IMG/VR virus record: IMGVR_UViG_3300025137_000117
Coordinates: 1 to 36,067 of that record
Length of the DNA: 36,067 nucleotides
Origin: a virus
Taxonomy: Duplodnaviria > Caudoviricetes
Strand: one strand, 5' to 3'
Position numbers and translations under genes: made by a program
In this document: positions 1 through 9,400 of the stretch, piece after piece
How positions within the stretch are numbered: the stretch's first letter is position 1
Layout of the letters: every line of letters starts with the position of its first letter
Notes under the pieces: model-generated
Databases searched by the model: none
Seen by the model: the letters and a program-made list of their open reading frames with translations, nothing else
What the model was told of the DNA's origin: nothing

Positions 1-1
1 G

Positions 2-217
2 ATTGAGCTAAAAGAATATATGAGCGTGCCTGGCAACCAGGATAGATATTCAGACTCAGGACCAGTTGCTGCAAAATTTGTAGAAACACTACAGCGAAGT
101 AATGAGCAACTAGTAAAGCTTGCGACGCTAGTTCAAAAGAAAGACGCTGTTTCTGCTCAAGAAGGTCTTTCAGACTTAGACCGTGAAAACCTTTTTAAGA
201 TAATTAAGGAGGATTGA
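2..217 (+). CDS. Hypothetical helical protein, probably 5'-truncated by the window edge
   Basis: The frame is open from position 2 (ATT GAG CTA AAA GAA TAT ATG...), so the ATG at 20 may be internal. It has an amphipathic, coiled-coil-like stretch (FVETLQRSNEQLVKLATLVQKK). The TGA at 215-217 abuts the next gene. Confidence 0.6.
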   Translation: MELKEYMSVPGNQDRYSDSGPVAAKFVETLQRSNEQLVKLATLVQKKDAVSAQEGLSDLDRENLFKIIKED

Positions 218-218
218 T

Positions 219-1718
219 GTGCCTTCTGATAATACAAAGACAGGAGCAGAGCTTGTAAGCCGCCCACCACAAAGAAAACTTCAAAGACCATATTCTCCGG
301 GGAGAGAAGGTTTTTTTGATGTTATGCAAGAACTTATGTTTGAAAAACTTTCAAACAATGACATCCAAGTTAGTGCTACAAAACATACAGCAATTGTCTA
401 TAGTGTAGTTAAAGAAGAGGGTTTTCTTGGTATTTTCCCAACGATGATTAGAGTACGGGCAAAAATTTCTGCGCCTGATGTAACTCACGCAAATTTACTA
501 ACGCCAAAAAACTTTGAAGATCAGGCAAGTATCCGTATGCTCGTGGAATTTGAAGCAAAGGCAGAAGATTTAGGTGGCAAAACTCCAAAACTTGGTGATG
601 CAATAGAGGTAGAATTTTACAACAATAATAATAAAACGAAGATGTATGGTAATGGTATTATTAAAAAGATATTACCCTCTTCAAATATTGCCGGACAAGA
701 AGTACAAAAAGCATCATCGAAATCAAATCTTTTTAAACCTGCTAAGGAAGATTGTGAAACTGGGGGTAGCACAGTAAAGCCACCTACAGGCGCACAACTT
801 TTGGGAGAGAATAAACCAGTTACTGTAAATGAAAGAAATCCAAGAAAATTAAATTCACCAACAGAAGATTCAACACCGGCCATCGCACAATCTAGAAAAC
901 CCAACCCCGAAGAGATTTCAGCTACAGCATCAACAGAGGAAAGAACGCAGAATCAATCAACTGTCCCATCTAGGTCATCAGGACCAGGACCATTTGAGGC
1001 GTCCCCAGTAAATAATCCACCACCTCGGGGCGGACCAAAATCTGATCCTTGTGAGAGTAAAATATCTACCGTAGGTGATTACACTGGACGTCCTGGACAG
1101 ACCAACTCTCCAACTCCAGGCGGACTCGGCGGATCTTTCACTGCACCCAATGTAGTTACTACTGGACGAGTACCAAGAACTTGGGATAGAACTACCGACA
1201 GAAGAATTAAAAAACTGCACCCCGATGCTCGTCATGCAGTGGCTCAGTTTATAAACTCAGCCCAAGAGCAGGGGTACTATCTGAGAGTACAGGAAACATA
1301 CAGAACTATACAAAGACAGAATGAACTGTATGCAAAAGGCAGAACAACTCCCAAGCGAGGTTCAACTGTCACTAATGCTAGGGGCAACCCAAAAAGTAGT
1401 AAGCATCAGTACGGTATTGCGATTGATGTCTGCGAATTAAAAAATGGTAGAGATGCAAGAACTAGGAAAAGGTTTAATCAAAACGTTTCTTGGGTAAGCG
1501 GCTTTGATAAAAGATATCCTAAGTCTCGCTGGTATGAGATTGGAGAACTAGGAAAAGCATTTGGTTTTATTTGGGGTGGACATTTTAGAGGACTCTTCGA
1601 TGGACCTCACTTTGAAGTGTTTAGAATCTCGATGAAGGAATTAAGGCATAAAGAGGATCAGGGACAAGTTATTGTTGACAAGAAACTTGGACCAAATTAT
1701 AAATTTCCAAAGTTTTAA
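219..1718 (+). CDS. Virion-associated peptidoglycan hydrolase: N-terminal domain (possibly OB-fold/gp5-N-like), Pro/Ser/Thr-rich linker, C-terminal M15-family (L-Ala-D-Glu type) Zn peptidase
   Basis: GTG start with SD AAGGAGG at 206-212. The C-terminal domain has LHPD...ETYRTIQRQNELYAKGRT...VTNARG, the SxHxxGxAxD motif (SKHQYGIAID, ~1398-1427), and WGGHF...DGPHFE (~1599-1616), as in the Ply500/CwlK-like M15 family. It lies next to the spike and baseplate genes. Confidence 0.85.
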   Translation: MPSDNTKTGAELVSRPPQRKLQRPYSPGREGFFDVMQELMFEKLSNNDIQVSATKHTAIVYSVVKEEGFLGIFPTMIRVRAKISAPDVTHANLLTPKNFEDQASIRMLVEFEAKAEDLGGKTPKLGDAIEVEFYNNNNKTKMYGNGIIKKILPSSNIAGQEVQKASSKSNLFKPAKEDCETGGSTVKPPTGAQLLGENKPVTVNERNPRKLNSPTEDSTPAIAQSRKPNPEEISATASTEERTQNQSTVPSRSSGPGPFEASPVNNPPPRGGPKSDPCESKISTVGDYTGRPGQTNSPTPGGLGGSFTAPNVVTTGRVPRTWDRTTDRRIKKLHPDARHAVAQFINSAQEQGYYLRVQETYRTIQRQNELYAKGRTTPKRGSTVTNARGNPKSSKHQYGIAIDVCELKNGRDARTRKRFNQNVSWVSGFDKRYPKSRWYEIGELGKAFGFIWGGHFRGLFDGPHFEVFRISMKELRHKEDQGQVIVDKKLGPNYKFPKF

Positions 1719-1721
1719 ATT

Positions 1722-2651
1722 ATGGTATTAAAAAAGAAACAAAGTTTAGTTGGCTTACCTAAAGAGGTAAGAGATAAAATCAACTCAACCCCAGATTATT
1801 ATTATTGGAACAATGGGTTGTTTAATACCCATATAGTAGAAGTTAACCCAAATTACAACAGCACTGATGCAGAAACAGTAACCAAGGGACTTCATAACGC
1901 TTTCATTATAATGGGCAGAGATCGTCCTCGTGGTATAGAATCTGGCTATGGCGGTGTTGGTGGAACACAGTGTGGTACCATTGATATAGTAGCTGGACTA
2001 GGCGGTGCCCTTGCCAAGCAAGTTGATGAAGAAGATGAAACTGTATTCACGGATAAGAGTCCTGAACTTGATTCTGCTAGAATTTATTTAAGCCAGAGAA
2101 CAGACATTGATGATAACTTTAATTTGCCTGAAGGTTTTGTAGGACAAGCAAAGGCAAAATCTGCTGTAGCTGTGAAAGCTGATGCTGTTAGAATTATAGG
2201 CAGGGATGGGATAAAACTAGTCACAGGAACTGACGTGTATGATGGTCAAGGCGTAAGGATAGATATCCAACAGGGTATAGATTTAATTGCCGGAAATAAT
2301 GACGAAGACCTCCAGCCCTTAGTAAAAGGTGACAACCTTGGAGAGGCACTCCAGGAAATAATTGATCTAGTTGCAGATATGAATGGTATCACTACTTCGC
2401 TTGTTCAGATGTATTTTCAGCTTGTTACCGCAATAACTGTTCACACTCACTTAAGTACGGGTCCAATCCCTGGAACCCCAGTTACACCATCACCAGATTT
2501 TTGTATAACCGCTGTTTCGCAATATGCTCAGTTATCAAAAATGCTTTTTGATTTAGTTATCCACCAGAAGAATACTGTATCAACAAAGCTTGATTACACA
2601 TATGAGACTGGCGGCGCATACATAAACAGTATCTTTAATAATACAAACTAA
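1722..2651 (+). CDS. Probable baseplate central spike (gp5-C/gpV-like beta-helix with HxH metal-binding tip)
   Basis: Short repeated beta-strand patterns (IDIVAG, ARIYLSQ, AVAVKADAVRIIGRDGIKLVTG, IDLIAG), then PLVKGDNL and a helix, then HTH (2442-2450) followed by GPIPGTPVTPSP, typical of spike apices. It lies upstream of the gp25 and gp6 homologs. Confidence 0.65.
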   Translation: MVLKKKQSLVGLPKEVRDKINSTPDYYYWNNGLFNTHIVEVNPNYNSTDAETVTKGLHNAFIIMGRDRPRGIESGYGGVGGTQCGTIDIVAGLGGALAKQVDEEDETVFTDKSPELDSARIYLSQRTDIDDNFNLPEGFVGQAKAKSAVAVKADAVRIIGRDGIKLVTGTDVYDGQGVRIDIQQGIDLIAGNNDEDLQPLVKGDNLGEALQEIIDLVADMNGITTSLVQMYFQLVTAITVHTHLSTGPIPGTPVTPSPDFCITAVSQYAQLSKMLFDLVIHQKNTVSTKLDYTYETGGAYINSIFNNTN

Positions 2652-2659
2652 ATATTAAT

Positions 2660-5600
2660 ATGAAAAACATAGTCAATCCATTACCAGAAATATTTAACGA
2701 GCCGATTCCGGTTCTTAATGGTGCGGTATGGACTAATGAAAATGATTATGAGTATGGACGGCGTGGTGTTGGGTATGACTACGAGGTTAAAAGAAATAGA
2801 TTTATAATAGACGCAATCCACACTTCTTTTCTAGCAGGTCGGGGGCACATAAGTATTGGGTACCGGCTATCTGTAGGTGAAAGCGCAACAACATATGGAC
2901 TTACAGAAGACAATAACATTGTCACACTAACGGATGCCATGGCATATGCCGCATTGTATCCGCAAAATGCAAAAATTGTTCGATCTGCTACATCCCCGCC
3001 CCAAGGGTACGAAAATGAACGTGGTCAATTTATTCCAACAAATCCAAGAGTAGGTGGCAAGGTTTGGGCACTATCTTATGTAGGAAAAAAAGAACAGCAA
3101 GAGATGCTGACAGTAATTACAAACGCTGTCAATATGCAAAATTCTGCGTTTGATACAGTAACAACTGAAGCAGCACAGAAGCCAACAAACCAGACAAAAG
3201 TAAATGACCCTGCTGGTCCAGCAAGGTCTAAGTCAAAATATACAGTCAAAGAGGGAGACTGGCTTTCTAAGATAGCTATACGAAACGACACTACAGTTGA
3301 GGCTTTGCTTGCGCTAGAAGCAAACGCACAATACAGAGAAAATCCAGATCTTATTGAACCTGGGCAAATCGTCACTCTACCTTATAATGAGGCTAATTCA
3401 AGACTTCCAGAAATAATTCCTGTGATGTCTAAAGATCGCATTGACACAATTCTTCAAGCAACGGGGCAATCAACTGGTTCTATCCCAGAGGGACTACAGC
3501 AGATTAAGCCGGAACTATCAGAACAAGCTAGTTTGGTCGATCCTGATGTTGATCAAGATAACTGGTTAAACAATGTTCCTAATCAACCATCTGGACCAGA
3601 AGCTGGTCTTAATGTTACAACAGCATTTAGAGTACCTGAACAGACGGATCCGTCGTTATCTAAGACTTATTACAACCAACGAGAAAAAACGTATTATCAC
3701 GTTGTAAGAACCTTGTGTAAGAACCCTAAAAGTTATGATGCAACACAAGGATCGGAAGCTTCCAGTAATCTAAGCGATGCAAGCTTAGCCGCTAAAACAC
3801 AAATTTTAAAATTTGCTAGAAAGCACAGCAGCGATAACATAGGGACGATAGCCGATGAACGGGGCGACTTTGATCGGGGTATAGTTACTGAGACCAAATA
3901 CAGTGAACCTGGAAGACCAATGCCCACGCCAGCCGGACAGGGATATTGGCTTCTATCAACAGTAATTCCCAAAAAAGTAATTGATGAAATGCCCAAAGGC
4001 GAGTCATTAGAGGATAACTCGATATCAACGTTAGCCCGAGCAAAACTTCTTTTGGCTGAAAGAGGTGATCCAACTGCGCCTGGTCTTCGCCGCACTCCTT
4101 TAACTGTAAAAGTTCTTAAGGAAAATATAAAAAATACAAGATTTATGTTGAAGGAATACCACACCAAGCTTGGGCAGGAGAATATTACTCCTTCTATGAT
4201 GGGTGGTGTTAATCTTGATGTTGAAGCCGAAAGACTAGGAAACTTTTTTGAAAGACTTGTAAAGTACGCAAATTTATTTAACCTTTCACTAGAAGATGAC
4301 GATAGATTAGAACTTATCTTTGATGCTAGCTTTAATCCAGTAAGTGCCTATCATAATGGCGCAGAATATACTCTTGACCAAGTACCTAAGTTTTATTTAA
4401 AATTAGCTTTTGGGGATGTGTCTCCTTCAACAATGGCGCTAATATTCTATTCCCCTTCAATATCTTCTCTAAAGAATGTCAAAATTGGAGACTTGCCTCC
4501 TGCTACGGACTTTGTTCAAAAGTACATTTATCCAAGTCCAGTTATTAAACCAACTGAAATTGAGAGCAAAATAAAGGAAAACGAAAAATCTAATAAATTT
4601 CCAGAAGACCCAGAAGGTGCTTCTTTAGGCCGCAACAGTTTTGAGAAAGGACCTAAGAAGGCAAAATCTTCACCGACTCCAAAAACAAAAGCAGAAGTTG
4701 AGAAACAATTCCAAGAAAGGTATAACTTCGGAAGAGATATGATTGGCGGATATGTTAATATCCTGAACAAAGCTGGTTGTGAAACACCTCTAGCAAAATA
4801 TCTTGAAGATGCTTTTATGATATACCAACTTGTGGGGGGTAAGTCTAGTTTCAAACAGATTATTGGTGTAGTCATTAAGTTACTAAAAGACGAACTTATG
4901 ATATGCAAACAAGATGAACAATTACTTTTACAAGGAGCAGGATACCTAGATAATCCAAGTCAAGTAACACGAGACATAGAAAAGGAATTAAACCGACAGT
5001 TCTATAATTGTTTTAAGGTCTTGGGTGATGTTATACTTAAAGAAGTATTGCCACCAGTGCCTCCAGAGGTTTCCCAACTAATAAAAAAAGGATTAACTCC
5101 TCCTAGGGGGATTAAGCTTGGAAAAACTCCTACAACTGATTTGTTTGCATTGTGGAGAAAACAATTATTAAAATTGATTATAGAGTTTATCAAACAGCTT
5201 ATTCTGGAGGCGATGAAAGAAGTTCTTTTAGCCATGGCAGGATGTGGACCAGAAACAGTTGTTGATAGGAATGTAATAAATAAAAACAAAGGACCATCAT
5301 CTCCTTATGGAATAATAAGAATCAATGATATAGTCGATTATACTGGGGTTGATCTTTTAGAAGTAGCAGAAGAATTACAAATTCATAACATAAAATATGT
5401 GAATCAAGAGCTTATAACAAGCCCTGCCACCCTCGAGCAACTTAGGCAACTCAATGATGATGCTTCGGATATGATGACAGATAGAGATGTCACAGCTATT
5501 TTGCAAGGTAGCGGAGGAACAGTATTAATAAATTCCTTGAACCGAGGATTCAATCTTGGGCCTGTTGCCATGAACGAACTATCTCAGGCAGATAAAGATA

Positions 5601-8600
5601 AAATTACTAATGGTGAATACTCCGAAGCGATATCTCGTGCCCTGGTTGGTTCTGTACAAGAATCATTAAATGTTGGAGATACAAGATATGGGACATTGAA
5701 TATGTCTAAAGAGAATATTACAAAATATTTCCGCCGTCTTGGACAACTTGTCGGCGCAGACATTTCCCTTGGTCTTGAAAAGCCGCTGGATACAAAAGAA
5801 GCATATTGTGATGAAAGAGATATATTAGCCTATGGTATGGGTGCCGGATTAGACATTGGCTTAGAAGATTTGTCTGGTGCATCAGATTCTACCACGGTTG
5901 CAGGTGGTTTATCCAAGGCGCAACTACAAAGAGAGATAGATCAGTGCATACGCTTCAATACATTTAAGATTGGAAATTTATGTGAATTAGCTTCATTAAA
6001 CTTTGATTTTGCATCAGAGATTCAAGCGTTCTGGGATTTAATAGGACTTCCAGACTGGTGGAAAGATTTTCTTCGCAAAATTTCCGAAGCTTCTAGGAAA
6101 GCACAAAGAATCCAGGCACTATCAATAACTGCTGGTGCCCGAGCACAAGGATCCGAAGATACAGTAATAGTAAATAATCCAGCTAGATCTGAGATCTACA
6201 AGTTCTACAAATATTATTATGGAGACGTCAGCGACCCAGTAGGAATACATGTTCAAAGAAGCCTAAAAATTGTTGATCGTCCCGTTGGGAATATCCCAGG
6301 GAATCACCCACATTATATATATGGTTATACGGATACTACTGTAGGGTACCAGCCATCCGGTTCAGGGCCTCCAAATGATATGAGTTTTGGGATGCTAAAA
6401 CTTGATTATATTCCGAGAGGAGATACCGATGAAAAAGTTCGTGTTTATTTTTCTAAGCGCAAATACAAAACTGTGGCTCCAAATCAAATAGACGGCAACC
6501 TGATCATCACATCAAGCCAACTCGCTGGAGGCCCATACCCATATGGTTTTTCGGATACTTTACCAGCGGCAGAGGAACTCGTTGCAGAATTTTCATTAGT
6601 AGACGATAACACCCCTTCTGGTGAAGAAGGTGCAGGAAGAAGACAATATTCAATCTCGGCTGCTGTTAGCGATATACCATTATCAGACCCTGAATATATG
6701 AGCGGCGAAAATGGAGAATCAATATTAAACACTATCAATAGCATTAATCAAAATCTTTTGCATATAAACGCTGGCATGCAGGTTGGTGAACGTGATGACC
6801 TAGGGGGTCATGGTGGCAGAAAGCAGGTCGCTCGATCAATCGCTGCGCTCCCCGCTAACGAAGGACGGTCAGCAACTTATGTAGATTATTCTGCCGTTGC
6901 TAGTCAGTATATAAATGGGTATTATAATGTTGCCAGGAGTGTAGCATATAATTTATATGGTAATGCTAGTAAGAACGTTGTAGACCGAGTTGACGGAACA
7001 ATATCTAGAGCTTCTGTACCTCCGTTCGGACCCAACGGAGACCCTTGCAATTTCGGCAAGGATGAACAAAGAGCATTGGCAACCCTAAATTCAATCAACC
7101 AGAGAATTTTTAGTTTTGTATTGAATACTGCTCCTTTATATAATATGGGATTTCCTGCGGCAACGCCTGATACACTTAGTATGTTGGCTGCTTATTTGCA
7201 GCATAAGATTATATCAGACTTTGAAAGAAAGGGAAATCTTGGGATAGTATTAACCGGCGTGGACTTTGTTGCTAGGACTTGTTCAACAACAGAGCCACCA
7301 GACGGTGAAGTAGAGTTCAACCCCGCTTTATTACAGGATCCAAAGGAAAGATTAGAGTACATTGTAAAGCAAATGCTTATACAGGTTTTGTTTAATACAT
7401 CAAAGGACGGAAAAGATTATATTACAGACGATAGTTTTACAGGATGGGGTACCCTAAGTGAAAACATGTTTGAGTCTATAAATACCGGCGGTGGTACTGG
7501 ATCTAAATACGGGCTTAATGATTCACAAAGGTATGGCATGCTTACAAGTTATTTTCATAATGGGCAAAATCTTGGAAGAACAGGAAATGCAACGTACAAT
7601 TTACCTTCATACCTGCGCACGGCTGGTCTTGAAGATTTACCTGGCATTCGTGATAATGTAAGAGAATTTAGGTATGAGCAGTTCTTGGGACTTGTCCCCG
7701 TACCGCTTTTAACCGGATTAAATTTCATATACTATGATAAGGTTGTTAATGTAGTAGGTAAATTTCCTACTATGGCTTATTATGCAACCAAAAGACTTGA
7801 AGATGCAGATAATGCTTTGAGATCACTAATACAGGAAGAATCAACACCAATTCTTGAAATTCCCGATATCAATCTGGTTGGACCACCAACGATATCGGAT
7901 ATAATAGCTAAAGACGAAAGACTACGTTTAGAGCGCCTTGCTGCGAAAAAGGCACAACTCATTGCGCCACAACTCATTGTGCAAGAAGAAGACGACGATG
8001 ACGATAACGGACTTCCGGCACCCCCGCCAGTTGTTCCAATGCAGGTTGTAACTCCGGAAGAAAGAGATGAGGCCAACCGGAGGGGAGGAGAAGAGGGCGG
8101 ACAAGAACAGCAACGAGAAGAGCTTGTTGAACGATTCCCACGTTCATTTGGTGGAAAAGCGTACAATAATGAAAATGAATTGGTCCGAGATAAGAGAAAA
8201 TATGAAGATCTACTCGAGCGAGCCAACACATTAAGAAGTCATAAAACCGCTCTTGAAACAAGACTTAGAAGATTTGGTAATGAGGTTGCTAGATCGGAAG
8301 CAGCACACGGCAATGACTACGATTACTTTATAAGAGTAAGTGGGGAGACCAATACAGCATTCCGTGGTAGAATACACGAATTTGTCCTTAATATAAACCG
8401 AGGTTCAACACTTGGGATTACGCAATATGGAACAAACCGAACTAATGGCGGAGGAGATAACGACCAGCGTCGATATAACAATAGTACAGACCTTAGGGTC
8501 ACGAACAAGGACCGAATCACTCCAACAGATCTTACAACTTCCAGAAGATTTCATCCTACCAACCCTCCTGTTAGGGCTGAGGCTTTGCGTAATTTTTCTT

Positions 8601-8959
8601 TGTCACCTTTGTTAGCCATGTTGCACGCCGGATTGGAATCAAACACAGGAGGACTCGGAGATAGATTTGAAAGCACTGCGTTTTATACCCACCTTTTAAA
8701 TGCAGCCAATGAAGCATTCGGACTCCGAGCCAGAGGAACAGCAGAGCACGATGCTGATTTTACTATTTTTTCAAACGCTGCATCCGCCGCACGAAACAAC
8801 ACAGTTATCGGCATATTGTGTTTAATATCTTATACTGTTGCGCAACTGGATGAGGCAGCGTTATTTAGGGACTTGAGAATAAACGCCTGGGATCCAGAAC
8901 AAAGAACTCGGGTTACGGGTATAATTCAAGAAATGACAAATTTCTTAAGCGAGGAATAG
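2660..8959 (+). CDS. Large (2099 aa) LysM-containing probable virion/baseplate protein
   Basis: Clear LysM at about nt 3236-3383 (KYTVKEGDWLSKIAIRNDTTVEALLALEANAQYRENPDLIEPGQIVTLP). It has a long helical middle section and an acidic/Pro-rich linker near 7985-8125. The rest was not recognised. Confidence 0.75.
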   Translation: MKNIVNPLPEIFNEPIPVLNGAVWTNENDYEYGRRGVGYDYEVKRNRFIIDAIHTSFLAGRGHISIGYRLSVGESATTYGLTEDNNIVTLTDAMAYAALYPQNAKIVRSATSPPQGYENERGQFIPTNPRVGGKVWALSYVGKKEQQEMLTVITNAVNMQNSAFDTVTTEAAQKPTNQTKVNDPAGPARSKSKYTVKEGDWLSKIAIRNDTTVEALLALEANAQYRENPDLIEPGQIVTLPYNEANSRLPEIIPVMSKDRIDTILQATGQSTGSIPEGLQQIKPELSEQASLVDPDVDQDNWLNNVPNQPSGPEAGLNVTTAFRVPEQTDPSLSKTYYNQREKTYYHVVRTLCKNPKSYDATQGSEASSNLSDASLAAKTQILKFARKHSSDNIGTIADERGDFDRGIVTETKYSEPGRPMPTPAGQGYWLLSTVIPKKVIDEMPKGESLEDNSISTLARAKLLLAERGDPTAPGLRRTPLTVKVLKENIKNTRFMLKEYHTKLGQENITPSMMGGVNLDVEAERLGNFFERLVKYANLFNLSLEDDDRLELIFDASFNPVSAYHNGAEYTLDQVPKFYLKLAFGDVSPSTMALIFYSPSISSLKNVKIGDLPPATDFVQKYIYPSPVIKPTEIESKIKENEKSNKFPEDPEGASLGRNSFEKGPKKAKSSPTPKTKAEVEKQFQERYNFGRDMIGGYVNILNKAGCETPLAKYLEDAFMIYQLVGGKSSFKQIIGVVIKLLKDELMICKQDEQLLLQGAGYLDNPSQVTRDIEKELNRQFYNCFKVLGDVILKEVLPPVPPEVSQLIKKGLTPPRGIKLGKTPTTDLFALWRKQLLKLIIEFIKQLILEAMKEVLLAMAGCGPETVVDRNVINKNKGPSSPYGIIRINDIVDYTGVDLLEVAEELQIHNIKYVNQELITSPATLEQLRQLNDDASDMMTDRDVTAILQGSGGTVLINSLNRGFNLGPVAMNELSQADKDKITNGEYSEAISRALVGSVQESLNVGDTRYGTLNMSKENITKYFRRLGQLVGADISLGLEKPLDTKEAYCDERDILAYGMGAGLDIGLEDLSGASDSTTVAGGLSKAQLQREIDQCIRFNTFKIGNLCELASLNFDFASEIQAFWDLIGLPDWWKDFLRKISEASRKAQRIQALSITAGARAQGSEDTVIVNNPARSEIYKFYKYYYGDVSDPVGIHVQRSLKIVDRPVGNIPGNHPHYIYGYTDTTVGYQPSGSGPPNDMSFGMLKLDYIPRGDTDEKVRVYFSKRKYKTVAPNQIDGNLIITSSQLAGGPYPYGFSDTLPAAEELVAEFSLVDDNTPSGEEGAGRRQYSISAAVSDIPLSDPEYMSGENGESILNTINSINQNLLHINAGMQVGERDDLGGHGGRKQVARSIAALPANEGRSATYVDYSAVASQYINGYYNVARSVAYNLYGNASKNVVDRVDGTISRASVPPFGPNGDPCNFGKDEQRALATLNSINQRIFSFVLNTAPLYNMGFPAATPDTLSMLAAYLQHKIISDFERKGNLGIVLTGVDFVARTCSTTEPPDGEVEFNPALLQDPKERLEYIVKQMLIQVLFNTSKDGKDYITDDSFTGWGTLSENMFESINTGGGTGSKYGLNDSQRYGMLTSYFHNGQNLGRTGNATYNLPSYLRTAGLEDLPGIRDNVREFRYEQFLGLVPVPLLTGLNFIYYDKVVNVVGKFPTMAYYATKRLEDADNALRSLIQEESTPILEIPDINLVGPPTISDIIAKDERLRLERLAAKKAQLIAPQLIVQEEDDDDDNGLPAPPPVVPMQVVTPEERDEANRRGGEEGGQEQQREELVERFPRSFGGKAYNNENELVRDKRKYEDLLERANTLRSHKTALETRLRRFGNEVARSEAAHGNDYDYFIRVSGETNTAFRGRIHEFVLNINRGSTLGITQYGTNRTNGGGDNDQRRYNNSTDLRVTNKDRITPTDLTTSRRFHPTNPPVRAEALRNFSLSPLLAMLHAGLESNTGGLGDRFESTAFYTHLLNAANEAFGLRARGTAEHDADFTIFSNAASAARNNTVIGILCLISYTVAQLDEAALFRDLRINAWDPEQRTRVTGIIQEMTNFLSEE

Positions 8960-8969
8960 GAGATAAAAA

Positions 8970-9374
8970 ATGGCCAACAAATTACAAGGCTTATCAGTTT
9001 CACTGCCGCTCACATATGATAATGAGGACGGACCTTATCGTTTGAACAAGACTCTTAAGCAGGTTGTCAGGCAAAATTTCAAAAATTTAATCTTGACATC
9101 TCCGGGAGAAAGAGTTATGTTGCCAACATTTGGAGCCGGCGTAAGAAGGCTTTTGTTTGAGCCTTCAACCCCTGAGACTTTTAGTAAAGTATCTCAAAGA
9201 ATTTCTTCGCAAGTAATAAAGTTTATGAGCTACCTTAATATAGAAAATATTTCTTTTATAACATCTGACCAAGACAGTTCACTATCGCCTAATTCAGTCC
9301 GTCTTGTTATAAAATATAACATTGGACCAATCAATGATAGTGATACCTTGATAATAACTCAGAGCATAGACTAA
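8970..9374 (+). CDS. Baseplate wedge / sheath-initiator protein, T4 gp25 / P2 gpW family
   Basis: 134 aa with the family signature QNFKNLILTSPGERVMLPTFGAGVRRLLFEP. SD AGGAG at 8958-8962. Confidence 0.92.
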   Translation: MANKLQGLSVSLPLTYDNEDGPYRLNKTLKQVVRQNFKNLILTSPGERVMLPTFGAGVRRLLFEPSTPETFSKVSQRISSQVIKFMSYLNIENISFITSDQDSSLSPNSVRLVIKYNIGPINDSDTLIITQSID

Positions 9375-9400
9375 TTACTCAAGTTAAATGAGGTTCGATA

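Noticed and set aside
2660-8959. Tape measure protein
   Set aside because: Only part of it is helical, and I saw no periodic Trp/Phe repeats or typical TMP pattern. Not supported, though not formally excluded.
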